From an uncultured delta proteobacterium (lineage in GTDB: Bacteria; Myxococcota_A; Polyangia; Polyangiales; Houyiibacteriaceae), in contig CAVOVB010000010.1 in NCBI GenBank assembly GCA_963699755.1, forward strand, positions 160,001 through 224,000: a stretch of 64,000 bases of DNA, written 5' to 3'. A program made the position numbers and the translations under genes. Shown piece by piece: positions 50,584-60,570 of this stretch (position 1 is its first letter; every line of letters begins with the position of its first letter). Below the pieces are notes generated by a model, which did no database searches, was not told the origin of the DNA, and saw only the letters and a list, made by a program, of their open reading frames with translations.

Positions 50584-52020
50584 TCAGCCTCCGACCACGG
50601 GCTGCGGCCCACCATCGGGAGGCGGAGCCGGTCGACTCGACGCGATTCGCTGACTGAGCAGCGGCAACACGTAGGGGAAGCCGACTTGGAATTGATCGAC
50701 GTCGGGCGCGATTTGCCCTGCTAGCCAGAACATCATCACGGCCGCTCGCTCTACGTAGAACCAACCGTCCGGATAGTGGAACGAGCGCATCAAGGTCCGA
50801 AGCTCGCGGCGTTCGACCTCGGGGTCGGCCAGTGCTTCGAGCTCTCTCGAATTGGCATTCATGAGCGCGCCTGGGGTGCGCTCTTTTAGCTTAAGGAGCT
50901 TCTGGAAATACGTTTTCACCGTCTGCTCGAGCAGCGCCCGGTCGCCGCCCTCTGCTACGAAGCCCATCGCCTCGATGCCCTCCATCGCCAAAGAGTCGTT
51001 CTGCTCGAAGAATCCGCGAAGGACGTCCACCATCCCATAGACGGTCTTGTCATCGACTTCGCTGATGGCGCCAAAGTCGAGCACCACGAGCTTGGCGTCG
51101 TCGGAGCCTGCTACCGGTTGGACGAGGAAGTTGCCCGGATGTGGATCCGCATGGAAAAAGCGGTCGACGAAGAGCTGCTTGTAGAAACTCTTCACGAGCC
51201 GCTCGGCAAGCTTGTGCAGATCGACCCCGCGTTCCCGAATCGCGTCTACGTGTGTGATCTTGATGCCCTCCATGAAGGTCATCGTGAGCACGTCTCGAGT
51301 CGTGGCCTCCGCGATCACTTCGGGGAACAGAATGTGATCATCGTCAGCGAAGTTCGCGGACATGCGGCGCATACAATCAGCCTCGTGCAAATAGTCCGTC
51401 TCGCGACGCAAGAGGTCGACGAGCGACGAGTGAACCGCCTCTATGTTTTGCACGGGGACGAACCACTTGTAGACGCGGACCATCAGCTTGACCACGCGCA
51501 TGTCGATACGGACGATGTCGCGAATCCCAGGGTACAAGACCTTGACCGCGACCTTGCGGCCGTCGTCCATGTAGGCGACGTGCACCTGCCCCAAGGAGGC
51601 CGCTGCAACCGGCTCACGCTCCATGTTTCGAAAAAACGCCTCAGGTGGGCCGCCGAGGCTCTCGATGAAAGCCTGCTCGATCTCGTCGAACGAGTGCGGC
51701 GGAACGGCGTCCTGGAGAGTCTCGAGACGCTTGATGTAGACCGACGGCAGGAAGCCGCCCATGATCGACAAGACCTGCCCCAACTTGATGTAGACCCCCC
51801 GCAGCTTGAGCATCCCCGCGAGCATTCGCTTCGAGTTGTTTTCGTCGACCCGGAACTGACGTCGTGCCAGCCAGGCGGGGACGACGGGCTCCTCGCGCCC
51901 TGTCTCGCGATCGTGACGCCAGCGTCGGAAAACCTTCAGGAGGCCCAATTGCACCAAGTAGCTGGCGAGAATGACGCCAAAGGTGAGTTGGGCACGGACA
52001 AGGCGGATGAATAGTTTCAT
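50584..52020 (-). CDS. ABC1/AarF/UbiB family atypical kinase
   Basis: YIKLGQ, LQD.VPP, AAASLGQVH, VAVKVLYP, FHADPHPGN, LDFG. Start MKLFIR at 52020. Confidence 0.92.
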   Translation of the reverse strand: MKLFIRLVRAQLTFGVILASYLVQLGLLKVFRRWRHDRETGREEPVVPAWLARRQFRVDENNSKRMLAGMLKLRGVYIKLGQVLSIMGGFLPSVYIKRLETLQDAVPPHSFDEIEQAFIESLGGPPEAFFRNMEREPVAAASLGQVHVAYMDDGRKVAVKVLYPGIRDIVRIDMRVVKLMVRVYKWFVPVQNIEAVHSSLVDLLRRETDYLHEADCMRRMSANFADDDHILFPEVIAEATTRDVLTMTFMEGIKITHVDAIRERGVDLHKLAERLVKSFYKQLFVDRFFHADPHPGNFLVQPVAGSDDAKLVVLDFGAISEVDDKTVYGMVDVLRGFFEQNDSLAMEGIEAMGFVAEGGDRALLEQTVKTYFQKLLKLKERTPGALMNANSRELEALADPEVERRELRTLMRSFHYPDGWFYVERAAVMMFWLAGQIAPDVDQFQVGFPYVLPLLSQRIASSRPAPPPDGGPQPVVGG

Positions 52021-52110
52021 GCTAGGTGGCGTCGAGGCAAGCGTAGCAGCGATTGGGTAGCGGCCCACCGCTTTGGCTGCGGCGCCCGATCGGTATAAGG
52101 TTGTAAGGTA

Positions 52111-53511
52111 GTGTCGGGTAGTCCAAGCCGGAAGCTCCGGGAAAAACTGCATAGCGCCCTGCGTAGGGAGCGGCTCACGGAAGCGCTGCGCCTGTACGAG
52201 GCACTCGAAGAGGTGGAGCCCCACGAAGCTCGCTGGCCGCATCGTAAAGGCGACCTCCTGAAGCGTCTAGGACGACCCCACGATGCAGTCGAGGCCTATG
52301 AGCACGCAATCGACCTCTATGCGCAACAAGGTTTCGTGGCCCGCGCGGCGGCGATGGCCAAGGTGGTGATGGGCATCGTTCCGGAGCGCGACGAAGTCCT
52401 CTCGCGCGTGAATCCGGACACCGCGCGCAGGCTCCACCGCTCGACGAGGTCGACGGTCGTCACGGCCAATCTAGAGCCAGAGGCTGACAGCCAAGAGATC
52501 ACGCAGACCAAGACCAAACGCATTTCGGCCGACGCGCTTCCGCTGATCGCGGACGAGTCTGCGCTGGATGAGGCGCTCCGATTCACGAGGCCCCCCGACC
52601 CTCGCCGTCCGACACTCGCGCTCGACATCTCGGACGCGGAGCTGCAGGACCGGCTCGCACTGGACGAGGACGGCCTCCACGAGCGACCGACGCCGGAGCA
52701 CCTCGCCCAACTTCCGTCGGTGCCCTTGTTCGCGGAGGTCCCGCAGTCGATCTTGGCCAAGATGGTCAAAGAGTCGCGCCTCGTGAATCTCGAGCCGGGC
52801 GAGAATCTCATCGAGCGCGGCACGACCGCCGATGCGCTCTACGTGCTCGTCGACGGTAGCGTGCAGCTGATTCGAGCCGCCGATGAAGACGCGATGATCT
52901 TTTCGGAAGGCGACGTCGTCGGCATCTCCTGTCTGCTCGAACGCGTTCGCTACGAAGGGGACGTGACGGCGCGAACGAAGGTCAGCGCGCTCCGAATCAG
53001 CAAGCTCTTGCTCGATCGGCTCGTCGCGGAGCACCCCCCTCTGGACGAAGTCTTACTGGAGGTTCTGGGCCGACGTCTGGTGTCGACGTTGGTTCGCACT
53101 GACCCAATGTTTGCGGGGCTCGACAACGGCACGCGCTCGGAGGTCACGGCGATGTTCGAGGTACGCCGCGCCGCTCGGGGGACCGCGATTTTGAAGGCGG
53201 GCAGGAGGGCCGATGGCCTCTACGTCCCCATGGTCGGCGAGTTGATCGCGATCGGGATGGAAGGCGAAGAGCTCGGCAGGCTGAAGCTAGGCCGGGCGCT
53301 CGGTCAGCACTCGATTCTGACCCAAGCTCCGTCGCCCTTCACGGTGATGGCCGCCTCCGATGTCTTGGTCCTTCGGATGTCCGCCCGGCGCTTCCATGAG
53401 GTGGCCTCCAAGCGCCCTTCGGTGATGGCACACCTCGAGGAGCTCGCTAGTAGGCCCGACACCCCCACCTTCTCGCTCATGCCGGCCCCCTTTGGAAAGC
53501 GCAGCGGCTGA
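52111..53511 (+). CDS. TPR plus tandem cyclic-nucleotide-binding domain protein
   Basis: N-terminal TPR-like ([21 protein letters not shown]) and two cNMP-like domains (LIERG..ADALYVL..G; ILKAG..ADGLYV...G). Confidence 0.8.
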   Translation: MSGSPSRKLREKLHSALRRERLTEALRLYEALEEVEPHEARWPHRKGDLLKRLGRPHDAVEAYEHAIDLYAQQGFVARAAAMAKVVMGIVPERDEVLSRVNPDTARRLHRSTRSTVVTANLEPEADSQEITQTKTKRISADALPLIADESALDEALRFTRPPDPRRPTLALDISDAELQDRLALDEDGLHERPTPEHLAQLPSVPLFAEVPQSILAKMVKESRLVNLEPGENLIERGTTADALYVLVDGSVQLIRAADEDAMIFSEGDVVGISCLLERVRYEGDVTARTKVSALRISKLLLDRLVAEHPPLDEVLLEVLGRRLVSTLVRTDPMFAGLDNGTRSEVTAMFEVRRAARGTAILKAGRRADGLYVPMVGELIAIGMEGEELGRLKLGRALGQHSILTQAPSPFTVMAASDVLVLRMSARRFHEVASKRPSVMAHLEELASRPDTPTFSLMPAPFGKRSG

Positions 53512-53565
53512 GCGCGGGCGGAGGCGAGGTGCGCGGCTCGACGAACCGCCTATACTGCCGCTCCC

Positions 53566-54906
53566 ATGAGTTACAGCGCATCCTTTCGTTGCGTCGCCGG
53601 TTGCAGCGGGTCTTATCCTCTCACTCAGGTGATCTACTCCTGCCCGAGCTGCGGAGAGCTCCTCGAAGTCCAGCACGACATGGAAGCTTTGAAGACCCGA
53701 AGCGGCTCCTCTTGGAGCAAGCTTTTCGATCAACGTTGGATGACGCGGGACTGGCCGTACGGTAGCGGAGTCTGGGGCAAGAAGGAGTGGGTGCAGCCCA
53801 TGCTGCGTGACGAGAACGTCGTGTCCATGGCAGAAGGCGGAACCAACCTCTTCTGGGCGGAGCGCTACGGCAAAACCCTCGGCCTCGACGATGTGTGGAT
53901 CAAGAACTGCGGCAACAGTCACACGGGCTCCTTCAAGGATCTCGGCATGACCGTCCTGGTGAGCACGGTGAAACAGGCGATTGAAGACGGGCAACCGATT
54001 CGTGCTATCGCATGTGCATCGACTGGTGACACCTCGGCCGCGGTTGCGGCGTATTGCGCCTCCGCAGGGATCCCCTCGGTGGTCTTGCTGCCGAAGGGCA
54101 AAGTAACCACAGCGCAGCTCGTTCAGCCCTTGGCCAACGGCGCACTCGTCTGCGCGCTCGATACCGACTTCGACGGCTGCATGGAGATCGTCCAGAAGCT
54201 CACGACCGAACAGGGCATCTACCTCGCGAACTCGATGAACTCTCTTCGACTAGAAGGGCAAAAGACGGTCGCCATCGAGATTGTCCAGCAGTTCGACTGG
54301 AAAGCACCCGACTGGGTGATCATTCCAGGTGGCAATCTCGGTAACGTCGCCGCGCTGGGCGCGGGCTTCAACATGATGCTCGAGCTTGGTCTGATTTCGA
54401 CGCGGCCACGGATCTGCCTGGCGCAGGCCGAACAAGCCAATCCCCTCTATCGGGCGTACAAGCAAGGCTGGGACAGCTTCGAACCAATCACCGCCGGCCC
54501 GACCGAGGCCAGCGCCATCCGAATTGGCAATCCCGTGAGTGTCCGCCGAGCGATTCGGGCGCTCGAGGCGTTCGATGGCGTGGTCGAACAGGCGAGTGAG
54601 TCAGAGCTCGCTGAAGCGTCGGCGGCGGCAGACCGGGCTGGCAGCTATACCTGCCCCCACACCGGCGTTGCGCTTGCAGCCCTCGAGAAGCTTCGCGCCC
54701 AGGGCATGATCGAACCCGGGCAGCGCGTCGTGGTCATCTCCACCGCCAACGGCCTGAAGTTCACCCAGTTCAAGATTCGCTATCACGAGAACGAAATCCC
54801 TGGGGTCGAGAGCAAGCACCCCAATACGCCAGTGAGTCTCCCAAGCGAGTTCGAAGCGGTGAAGGCTTCGGTGTTTCGAGAGCTCGACAAGCGAGCCAAG
54901 GCCTAG
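53566..54906 (+). CDS. thrC: Threonine synthase
   Basis: [15 protein letters not shown] (PLP lysine), [40 protein letters not shown]. Confidence 0.95.
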   Translation: MSYSASFRCVAGCSGSYPLTQVIYSCPSCGELLEVQHDMEALKTRSGSSWSKLFDQRWMTRDWPYGSGVWGKKEWVQPMLRDENVVSMAEGGTNLFWAERYGKTLGLDDVWIKNCGNSHTGSFKDLGMTVLVSTVKQAIEDGQPIRAIACASTGDTSAAVAAYCASAGIPSVVLLPKGKVTTAQLVQPLANGALVCALDTDFDGCMEIVQKLTTEQGIYLANSMNSLRLEGQKTVAIEIVQQFDWKAPDWVIIPGGNLGNVAALGAGFNMMLELGLISTRPRICLAQAEQANPLYRAYKQGWDSFEPITAGPTEASAIRIGNPVSVRRAIRALEAFDGVVEQASESELAEASAAADRAGSYTCPHTGVALAALEKLRAQGMIEPGQRVVVISTANGLKFTQFKIRYHENEIPGVESKHPNTPVSLPSEFEAVKASVFRELDKRAKA

Positions 54907-54924
54907 CGCCCTCCCGGCGGCAGC

Positions 54925-55185
54925 TCAGGTTCCGAGTCTGCTCGCCAGCAGCTCTCGATCTTCTCGGCGTAGGTTGACGAAGCGCATCCGGACTTCGAAA
55001 TGCGTTTCGTCGACGCGTTTCGCGCCGAGCACCCTGCCCTCGAAGATCCGGTCGCCCGCATCACTGCTTGCCCTGAAGCGAATCGGCGAACCCGGCGCGA
55101 ATGCTCGCGGGCTCAGGAGCTTCATGAGGTCTCGATCGAAGTCGATCGCCTCGGCGTCCTCGCCGCTCTCCAAGCGAAGCTTCAC
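54925..55185 (-). CDS. Small PilZ-like beta-barrel protein
   Basis: 86 aa, 3 nt downstream of smpB; ends FEGRV...VRMRFVNL..EDRELL like PilZ C-termini. Confidence 0.55.
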   Translation of the reverse strand: MKLRLESGEDAEAIDFDRDLMKLLSPRAFAPGSPIRFRASSDAGDRIFEGRVLGAKRVDETHFEVRMRFVNLRREDRELLASRLGT

Positions 55186-55188
55186 GGC

Positions 55189-55677
55189 TCAACCCTTTCG
55201 CCGCTGCATCGCTGCCCGCGCTTCCTTCAGGTCTTCCTGGCGACGGATCGATTCGCGTTCGTCGCCCTTCTTCTTGCCCAGGCCCAGGCCGAGCTGAACC
55301 TTCGCGACACCGTTCTTGAAGTACACCTGAAGGGGAATCAGCGCGTACCCGCGCATCGTCAGCCGGCCGCGGAGCTTTTCGATTTCACGCTTGTGCACCA
55401 GCAGCTTTCGACGGCGCTGCGTCTCGTGACCCGCATGGCCTCCCATTTCGTAGGGCGCGATGTGCATGCCGTAGAGGAAGAGCTCGTCGGCATCGATTCG
55501 GCAGTAGGCGCCCTCGAGGTTGGCGCGGCGGGCCCGCAGGCTCTTCACCTCGGTACCGTAGAGTACCATTCCGGCCTCGAGCCGCTCCTCGATGTCGTAT
55601 CGCTTGGCGGCCATTGGGTTCCGGCACACCAGGAGCTCCATCCCTGGGACACCTTTGTCAACGCGCTTCTTCGCCAT
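55189..55677 (-). CDS. smpB: SsrA-binding protein
   Basis: EAGMVLYGTEVKSLR, MHIAPY, RKLLVHKREI, GKKK.D.RE..R. Confidence 0.96.
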   Translation of the reverse strand: MAKKRVDKGVPGMELLVCRNPMAAKRYDIEERLEAGMVLYGTEVKSLRARRANLEGAYCRIDADELFLYGMHIAPYEMGGHAGHETQRRRKLLVHKREIEKLRGRLTMRGYALIPLQVYFKNGVAKVQLGLGLGKKKGDERESIRRQEDLKEARAAMQRRKG

Positions 55678-56434
55678 CGCCTGCCGGCTCTAGCACGGCG
55701 TCTCCGCCTTTGCGAAGCCGTTCGAGCCATTCGAGCTCCGCTTTGAAGCGCGCGGCAGCGGGCGAATCGCCGCGCGTCTCGGCGTCTCCAAGAGCCCGCT
55801 TCCGCTTCTCGATCTCGCGGTCCCAATCGGCGACGACGGAAGGTGAGTCATCGGGCGTCCAGCCACGAACCGTCGCTCTGACCGGAAACCGAACACGCGC
55901 GTCGCGGGTCGGCGCGCCGGGAACCGTCACCTCGAGAAGAAGGCGCGGCCATGACGGATCGATCTCGATCACGCAGGGGAGCTCGCCCCAATCGGGGCTC
56001 GGTCGGAAGACCTCCGACACGAAGCCCTCGGGACTGACTTGAGCCCAAACCAGACAGGTCCTCCCGCGCTCTCGAATCGCCACCACGATGTCGCGCTGCC
56101 CGTCCCGGTCGAAGTCCGGGCGAGGATCGGGCGCGAGCTCCACCCAGAGCCATTCGAGCCAGCGAACATCGGGAACCTGTATTGAGAGGGCAGGCCCCCG
56201 CGAGGTGACGACACGGACTGTCGAGTCGGGGCCACGCTTCGCACCAAAGGCCACGTAGTATCGTTCGTCGATCCGCCGGCCAAGCGTGAATCCGTGATTG
56301 CGAAGGTCTTCGATGATCGCATTCGCTTCCTGGCGAGGGTCCACGCCGATCCGCAGGTAGTCCAATGGGTCTTGGACCTGCTCGGACTTGGCGCATCCGA
56401 TCACGACTGCGCATGCAAAGACGATAGACCGCAC
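55658..56434 (-). CDS. Putative lipoprotein of unknown function
   Basis: Lipobox VVIGC after a short hydrophobic stretch; DFDRDGQRD (Dx[DN]xDG-type) motif. Confidence 0.65.
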   Translation of the reverse strand: MRSIVFACAVVIGCAKSEQVQDPLDYLRIGVDPRQEANAIIEDLRNHGFTLGRRIDERYYVAFGAKRGPDSTVRVVTSRGPALSIQVPDVRWLEWLWVELAPDPRPDFDRDGQRDIVVAIRERGRTCLVWAQVSPEGFVSEVFRPSPDWGELPCVIEIDPSWPRLLLEVTVPGAPTRDARVRFPVRATVRGWTPDDSPSVVADWDREIEKRKRALGDAETRGDSPAAARFKAELEWLERLRKGGDAVLEPAGDGEEAR

Positions 56435-56443
56435 GCTGTGACT

Positions 56444-57067
56444 TTACGTCGCCTGAGCAAGAACGCGAGTCGCCAAGACCAAGGTTTTCACCTCCAAGAC
56501 ACCTCCAGCTCGCAGGGCTTTCGAGGCCGCCCGCAAGGTTGCCCCGGTGGTTCTGACGTCGTCGATTAGAAGAACCCGCGGGAGGCCTCGCAGTCGCCGA
56601 GGCGCAAATGCTCCAGCGATGTTTCTTTGTCGTTCACGATGTGGCAGATCGACCTGACTCGGCGTGTTGCGAACCCGACGAAGGCCACGAAGCAGCAGAG
56701 GAACATCGAGCGCCTTCGCCACAGGTTTCGCAAGAAGCGCAGCTTGATCGTAGCCGCGTGAGCGTCTCCGGCGCCAATGCAGGGGAACCGGCACGACTGC
56801 ATCGACATGGCCAGCTAGTCGTTGCGCATGAGCAGCCATTAGCGCTCCGAGTGCCGCAGCGAGCTCACTGCGACCATCGTACTTGAAGCGCTGAATCGCA
56901 TCCGCGATGGGACCGCCATACTCGAAGATCGCGCTCGGTTCGGAGGCGCGCTGGGCGAGCACTGAACATGAAGCGCAAAAGACGGCGGCGACATCCGATA
57001 CTTCATCGCATCCTGGGCACCGATTCGGCGCCAGCAAGGTTAGCAAGCCGTGGAGGAGATGGGGCAT
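56444..57067 (-). CDS. comF: ComF family phosphoribosyltransferase-like protein
   Basis: CPGC...CASC zinc ribbon, FKY, VPVPLH..R..RGYDQA, LLIDDVRTTGAT. Confidence 0.92.
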   Translation of the reverse strand: MPHLLHGLLTLLAPNRCPGCDEVSDVAAVFCASCSVLAQRASEPSAIFEYGGPIADAIQRFKYDGRSELAAALGALMAAHAQRLAGHVDAVVPVPLHWRRRRSRGYDQAALLAKPVAKALDVPLLLRGLRRVRNTPSQVDLPHRERQRNIAGAFAPRRLRGLPRVLLIDDVRTTGATLRAASKALRAGGVLEVKTLVLATRVLAQAT

Positions 57068-57155
57068 GGCGATGTATCGGACTGTCGCCTAGCCCGTTGC
57101 CCTCCCGGACCCTTGCGATGGAACCGACGCCGGCGCTGGCACTATCTCCGCCCCG

Positions 57156-57596
57156 CTAGTGGTCGTAAGGCTCCCCACGGAGAATCGAAAAACCCCGGTA
57201 GATTTGCTCGGCCAGAAACAGGCGGGCGAGCCGATGCGGCAGTGTCATCGCTGAGAGCGACAGACTGAGATCCGCATGCTTCGAGAGCTGCTGCGGAAGC
57301 CCGTACGCGCCACCGATTAGAAAGACCACTGATTGCACCGAGTCGTTTTCGGCATGCCCCAACCAGGTCGCGAGGTCTCGGCTGCTCAAGGAGCGCCCCT
57401 CGACTTCGAGCGCAATGACCCTCGAGCGATCCGGAATGTGCCGGGCGAATCGTTCCGCGAGCTCTTCGACGTCCCCGTCCTTGAGCTCAATCTCTTCGAG
57501 CTTTGCGTAGCGCCCGATGCGCGCATAGTAGTCGCCGAGCAATGACCGCAGAGCGCGGTCCTTTGCTTTTCCAACAGCGATGATGCGTACGCGCAC
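57156..57596 (-). CDS. rlmH: 23S rRNA (pseudouridine1915-N3)-methyltransferase
   Basis: IIAVGK, FLIGGAYGL, SLSAMTLPH, EQIYRG..ILRGEPY.H. Confidence 0.95.
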   Translation of the reverse strand: MRVRIIAVGKAKDRALRSLLGDYYARIGRYAKLEEIELKDGDVEELAERFARHIPDRSRVIALEVEGRSLSSRDLATWLGHAENDSVQSVVFLIGGAYGLPQQLSKHADLSLSLSAMTLPHRLARLFLAEQIYRGFSILRGEPYDH

Positions 57597-57605
57597 GACC
57601 TGGGT

Positions 57606-58049
57606 CTAGGGGAACCTAAAGCCTTCGTCGGGCTCTTGGCCTTCGAACTGCACGCGTTCGGCATCTAGCCAGAGCCCTTCGAGGTCGTAGTAGCCGCGGG
57701 TGTCCTGATGGAAGATGTGCACGACGACATCACCGAAATCAAGCAGCACCCACTTGCCCTGCGGGAGCCCTTCGACACCTGAGCAGCGCGAACCATACTT
57801 GTGCTTGAGGTCCTCCTCGATGCCACGTGCGATCGCTGCGACCTGGCGATCGCTTCGCCCGCTCATCACCACGACATAGTCCGTGTAGTCGACCTTGCCC
57901 CGGACATCGATGATTTCGATCCTCGCTGCCTTTTTCTCGAGCGCCGCCTCGGCGACCTTCAAAGCCAGCTCGCGGCCGACTAGTTGGTCTTTGTTCGTAG
58001 CGGAGCTCGTGTTCGCGTCCAGTTGTGCGCCTTCTGCTTGTTTGGCCAA
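57606..58049 (-). CDS. rsfS: Ribosome silencing factor
   Basis: EKKA..I..IDV, DYVVVMSG.S.RQV, EG....WVLLDFGDVVVHIF....R.YYDLE.LW. TTG start with strong SD AAGGAGG. Confidence 0.94.
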   Translation of the reverse strand: MAKQAEGAQLDANTSSATNKDQLVGRELALKVAEAALEKKAARIEIIDVRGKVDYTDYVVVMSGRSDRQVAAIARGIEEDLKHKYGSRCSGVEGLPQGKWVLLDFGDVVVHIFHQDTRGYYDLEGLWLDAERVQFEGQEPDEGFRFP

Positions 58050-58062
58050 CTAGTCTCCTCCT

Positions 58063-59328
58063 TCACTGCCGAACTTGGCCGTCGCCTTGGCCGACCCATT
58101 TGAGAGCACAGAGCTCAGCCAGGCCCATTGGACCATACGCATGGAGCTTTGTTGTCGAAATTCCGATTTCGGCGCCCAGGCCGAGCGCAAATCCGTCGTT
58201 GAAGCGAGTCGACGCATTGACGAGAACGAGGCTCGCATCGACTTCTCGCAACCAGCGATCGGCGTTGGCCTTGTCCTTGGTGACGATCGCCTCGGTGTGA
58301 TTCGAGCCGTGCTCGGCCACGTGCGCGAGCGCACCATCGATTCCATCGACGACCCCTACATTGAGAATCAAGTCGAGGTACTCTGTGTCCCAATCCGTGT
58401 CGCTCGCCCGCTTCGCTCCGGCCAAGTACGCGATTGCGCGATCGTCTGCCCGGATCTCGACGCCTTCAGCAGCCATCGCCGCACCGAGCTTCGGCAGGAA
58501 AGTTGGCGCGAGGTCGGCGTCGACCAGGAGCGTTTCCATCGCGTTGCAGACGCCCGGACGCTGCACTTTGGCGTTCAGGGCGATCTGGATGGCCATTTCT
58601 GGGTCAGCGCTTCGGTCGATAAAGACGTGACATACACCTTTGTAGTGCTGAATGACAGGAACTCTAGCGTGCTCGGCGACGAACCGAATCAATCCTTCTC
58701 CACCCCTTGGTATAACCATGTCCAGGATACCATCAAGACCGATCATCACCAAAGTCGCTTGTCGATCCGTCGTAGGAAGGAGCGTGACGGCCGCAGGGGG
58801 CAGCCCCTCCGCCCCGAGCGCCTTCGTGAACACCTCTGCGATCGCCGAATTGCTGTGAAACGCTTCCTTGCCGCCACGAAGCAGGACCGCGTTCCCACTC
58901 TTGAGGCAGAGGGAGGCCGCGTCTGCCGTCACGTTCGGCCTAGATTCGTAGATGATCCCGATGAGCCCGAGCGGTGCGCGCATCTTGCCGACGCGAAGGC
59001 CGTTGTCGAGCACACGTTCTTCGACGACGGTGCCGACTGGATCGGGGAGCGCGGCGACTTGGTCGAGGCCGTCAGCGACGCCATCGAGACGCTTCCGATC
59101 GAGCAGCAGGCGATCGAGCATCGCTTTCGAGAGGCCCATGGTTTCGGCTGCACGCATGTCTTTGACATTCGCTTCGATCACGCGATTGCCAGCCGCGCCG
59201 CGCAGCTCTTCGGCCGCTCGGCGCAGGACGGCATTCTTCTGCTCGGTACTTGCGTTCGCAATCAGCCGAGAAGCGTCTTTGGCTCGTTGGGCCAGGCCCC
59301 TGACGAGCGCGGTCAGGTCATCGCTCAT
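58063..59328 (-). CDS. proA: Glutamate-5-semialdehyde dehydrogenase
   Basis: LDRL, PLGLIGIIYESRPNVT, PRGG, CNAMETLL, VNASTRFNDG, GAEIGIST.KLHAYGPMG. Confidence 0.97.
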   Translation of the reverse strand: MSDDLTALVRGLAQRAKDASRLIANASTEQKNAVLRRAAEELRGAAGNRVIEANVKDMRAAETMGLSKAMLDRLLLDRKRLDGVADGLDQVAALPDPVGTVVEERVLDNGLRVGKMRAPLGLIGIIYESRPNVTADAASLCLKSGNAVLLRGGKEAFHSNSAIAEVFTKALGAEGLPPAAVTLLPTTDRQATLVMIGLDGILDMVIPRGGEGLIRFVAEHARVPVIQHYKGVCHVFIDRSADPEMAIQIALNAKVQRPGVCNAMETLLVDADLAPTFLPKLGAAMAAEGVEIRADDRAIAYLAGAKRASDTDWDTEYLDLILNVGVVDGIDGALAHVAEHGSNHTEAIVTKDKANADRWLREVDASLVLVNASTRFNDGFALGLGAEIGISTTKLHAYGPMGLAELCALKWVGQGDGQVRQ

Positions 59329-59374
59329 AGCCGGTGACGGTAGCACCTTTTCCCGCAAGCGGGAGCCGGGCTGC

Positions 59375-60484
59375 TCAGGCCCCATTCTTGGTCAGAACGA
59401 TGTCGTCCCGATGCACGACTTCGTCGCCTGCGTGACTTCCGATTCGCTCTGCGATCTGCTGACTGTGTCCGCCTGCCAGAACACGAACCTCGTCGGCACC
59501 GTACCGCGCGAGACCACGCGCAAGCTCGATTCCCGACTCGTTGACGATCGACACTGCGTCCCCGACCTTGAACGACCCCGCCACCGAAACGACGCCTGCC
59601 GGCAAGAGACTCGAATGATGCTTCTCGAGCGCGCGGCATGCGCCGGCGTCGACCACGATGCGCCCACGCGACTTGAGCGTGTACGCGATCCAGTGCTTTC
59701 GGCTCGGCAGAGGCGAACCGTGCGGTAGCAGCAGCGTTCCCACATCTTCGCCTTGCATCAGCGCCTCCAGGAAGCCTGGCGATCCCGCCGGACCTATGAC
59801 GACCGGCAAACCATGCAGTGTGGCACGTCGCGCGGCCTCGACTTTCGATTGCATCCCGCCGAGCCCCACGTCGCCCTCGGACGGCTTGATGAACCCTTCG
59901 ACGTCCGAAACTTCGCGCACGAGCGAGACCCGCGTGCCTTGATCATCGAGAATGCCAACGACGTCGCTCAACAAGACCAGCAGGTCGGCGCCTACCAAGG
60001 TGCAGACCATCGCGGCGAGCTGATCGTTGTCGCCGAAGCGGAGCTCATCGATCGACACGGTATCGTTCTCGTTGATGATCGGAACCACACCGAGCTTGAG
60101 AAGCTCATCGATCGCCTGGCGTGCGTGAAGATAGCGATCTCGGTCCGTGACTACGTCGTGAGTCAGCAGGACCTGCGCCACGTGAATTCCAAGTCGCTCG
60201 AACGCATCTTCGTAGGCGCGCATCAGCAAGGACTGCCCCGTCGCGGCTGCTGCCTGAAGCAGCGAAATCTTCTTGGGGCGCTCGGTCAGCCCGAGCCGCT
60301 CCTTGCCGACTGCGACTGCACCCGAGGAGACGACAACGACCTTTCGACCTGCCGTCAACTGGGTCGCGACCTGGGTGGCCACCTGTGCGAACCGGCCCCC
60401 TTCGGCGCAGAGCGCACGGCTGCCGATCTTGACCACCATTCGCTTGCAATCGCGAAGGGCGGTTCTGGTTTGGTCGTGAGTCAT
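59375..60484 (-). CDS. proB: Glutamate 5-kinase with PUA domain
   Basis: VVKIGS, VSSGAV, INENDTV..DEL.FGDND, GGMQSK, PUA domain SLLPAGV...HRDD. Confidence 0.97.
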   Translation of the reverse strand: MTHDQTRTALRDCKRMVVKIGSRALCAEGGRFAQVATQVATQLTAGRKVVVVSSGAVAVGKERLGLTERPKKISLLQAAAATGQSLLMRAYEDAFERLGIHVAQVLLTHDVVTDRDRYLHARQAIDELLKLGVVPIINENDTVSIDELRFGDNDQLAAMVCTLVGADLLVLLSDVVGILDDQGTRVSLVREVSDVEGFIKPSEGDVGLGGMQSKVEAARRATLHGLPVVIGPAGSPGFLEALMQGEDVGTLLLPHGSPLPSRKHWIAYTLKSRGRIVVDAGACRALEKHHSSLLPAGVVSVAGSFKVGDAVSIVNESGIELARGLARYGADEVRVLAGGHSQQIAERIGSHAGDEVVHRDDIVLTKNGA

Positions 60485-60570
60485 TTCCAGCCCCTTCAAT
60501 CGCACCCTGAACGCCCCGCTGCAACTGGGGTCCAAAAAGGGGACAGGCGCCTTGTGGCTGGTAGCATGGG

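Noticed and set aside
54907..57155. Possible tmRNA (ssrA) near smpB
   Set aside because: No intergenic space large enough and no tRNA-like ends recognised.
58075..59337. 420-aa plus-strand ORF
   Set aside because: Antisense shadow of proA.
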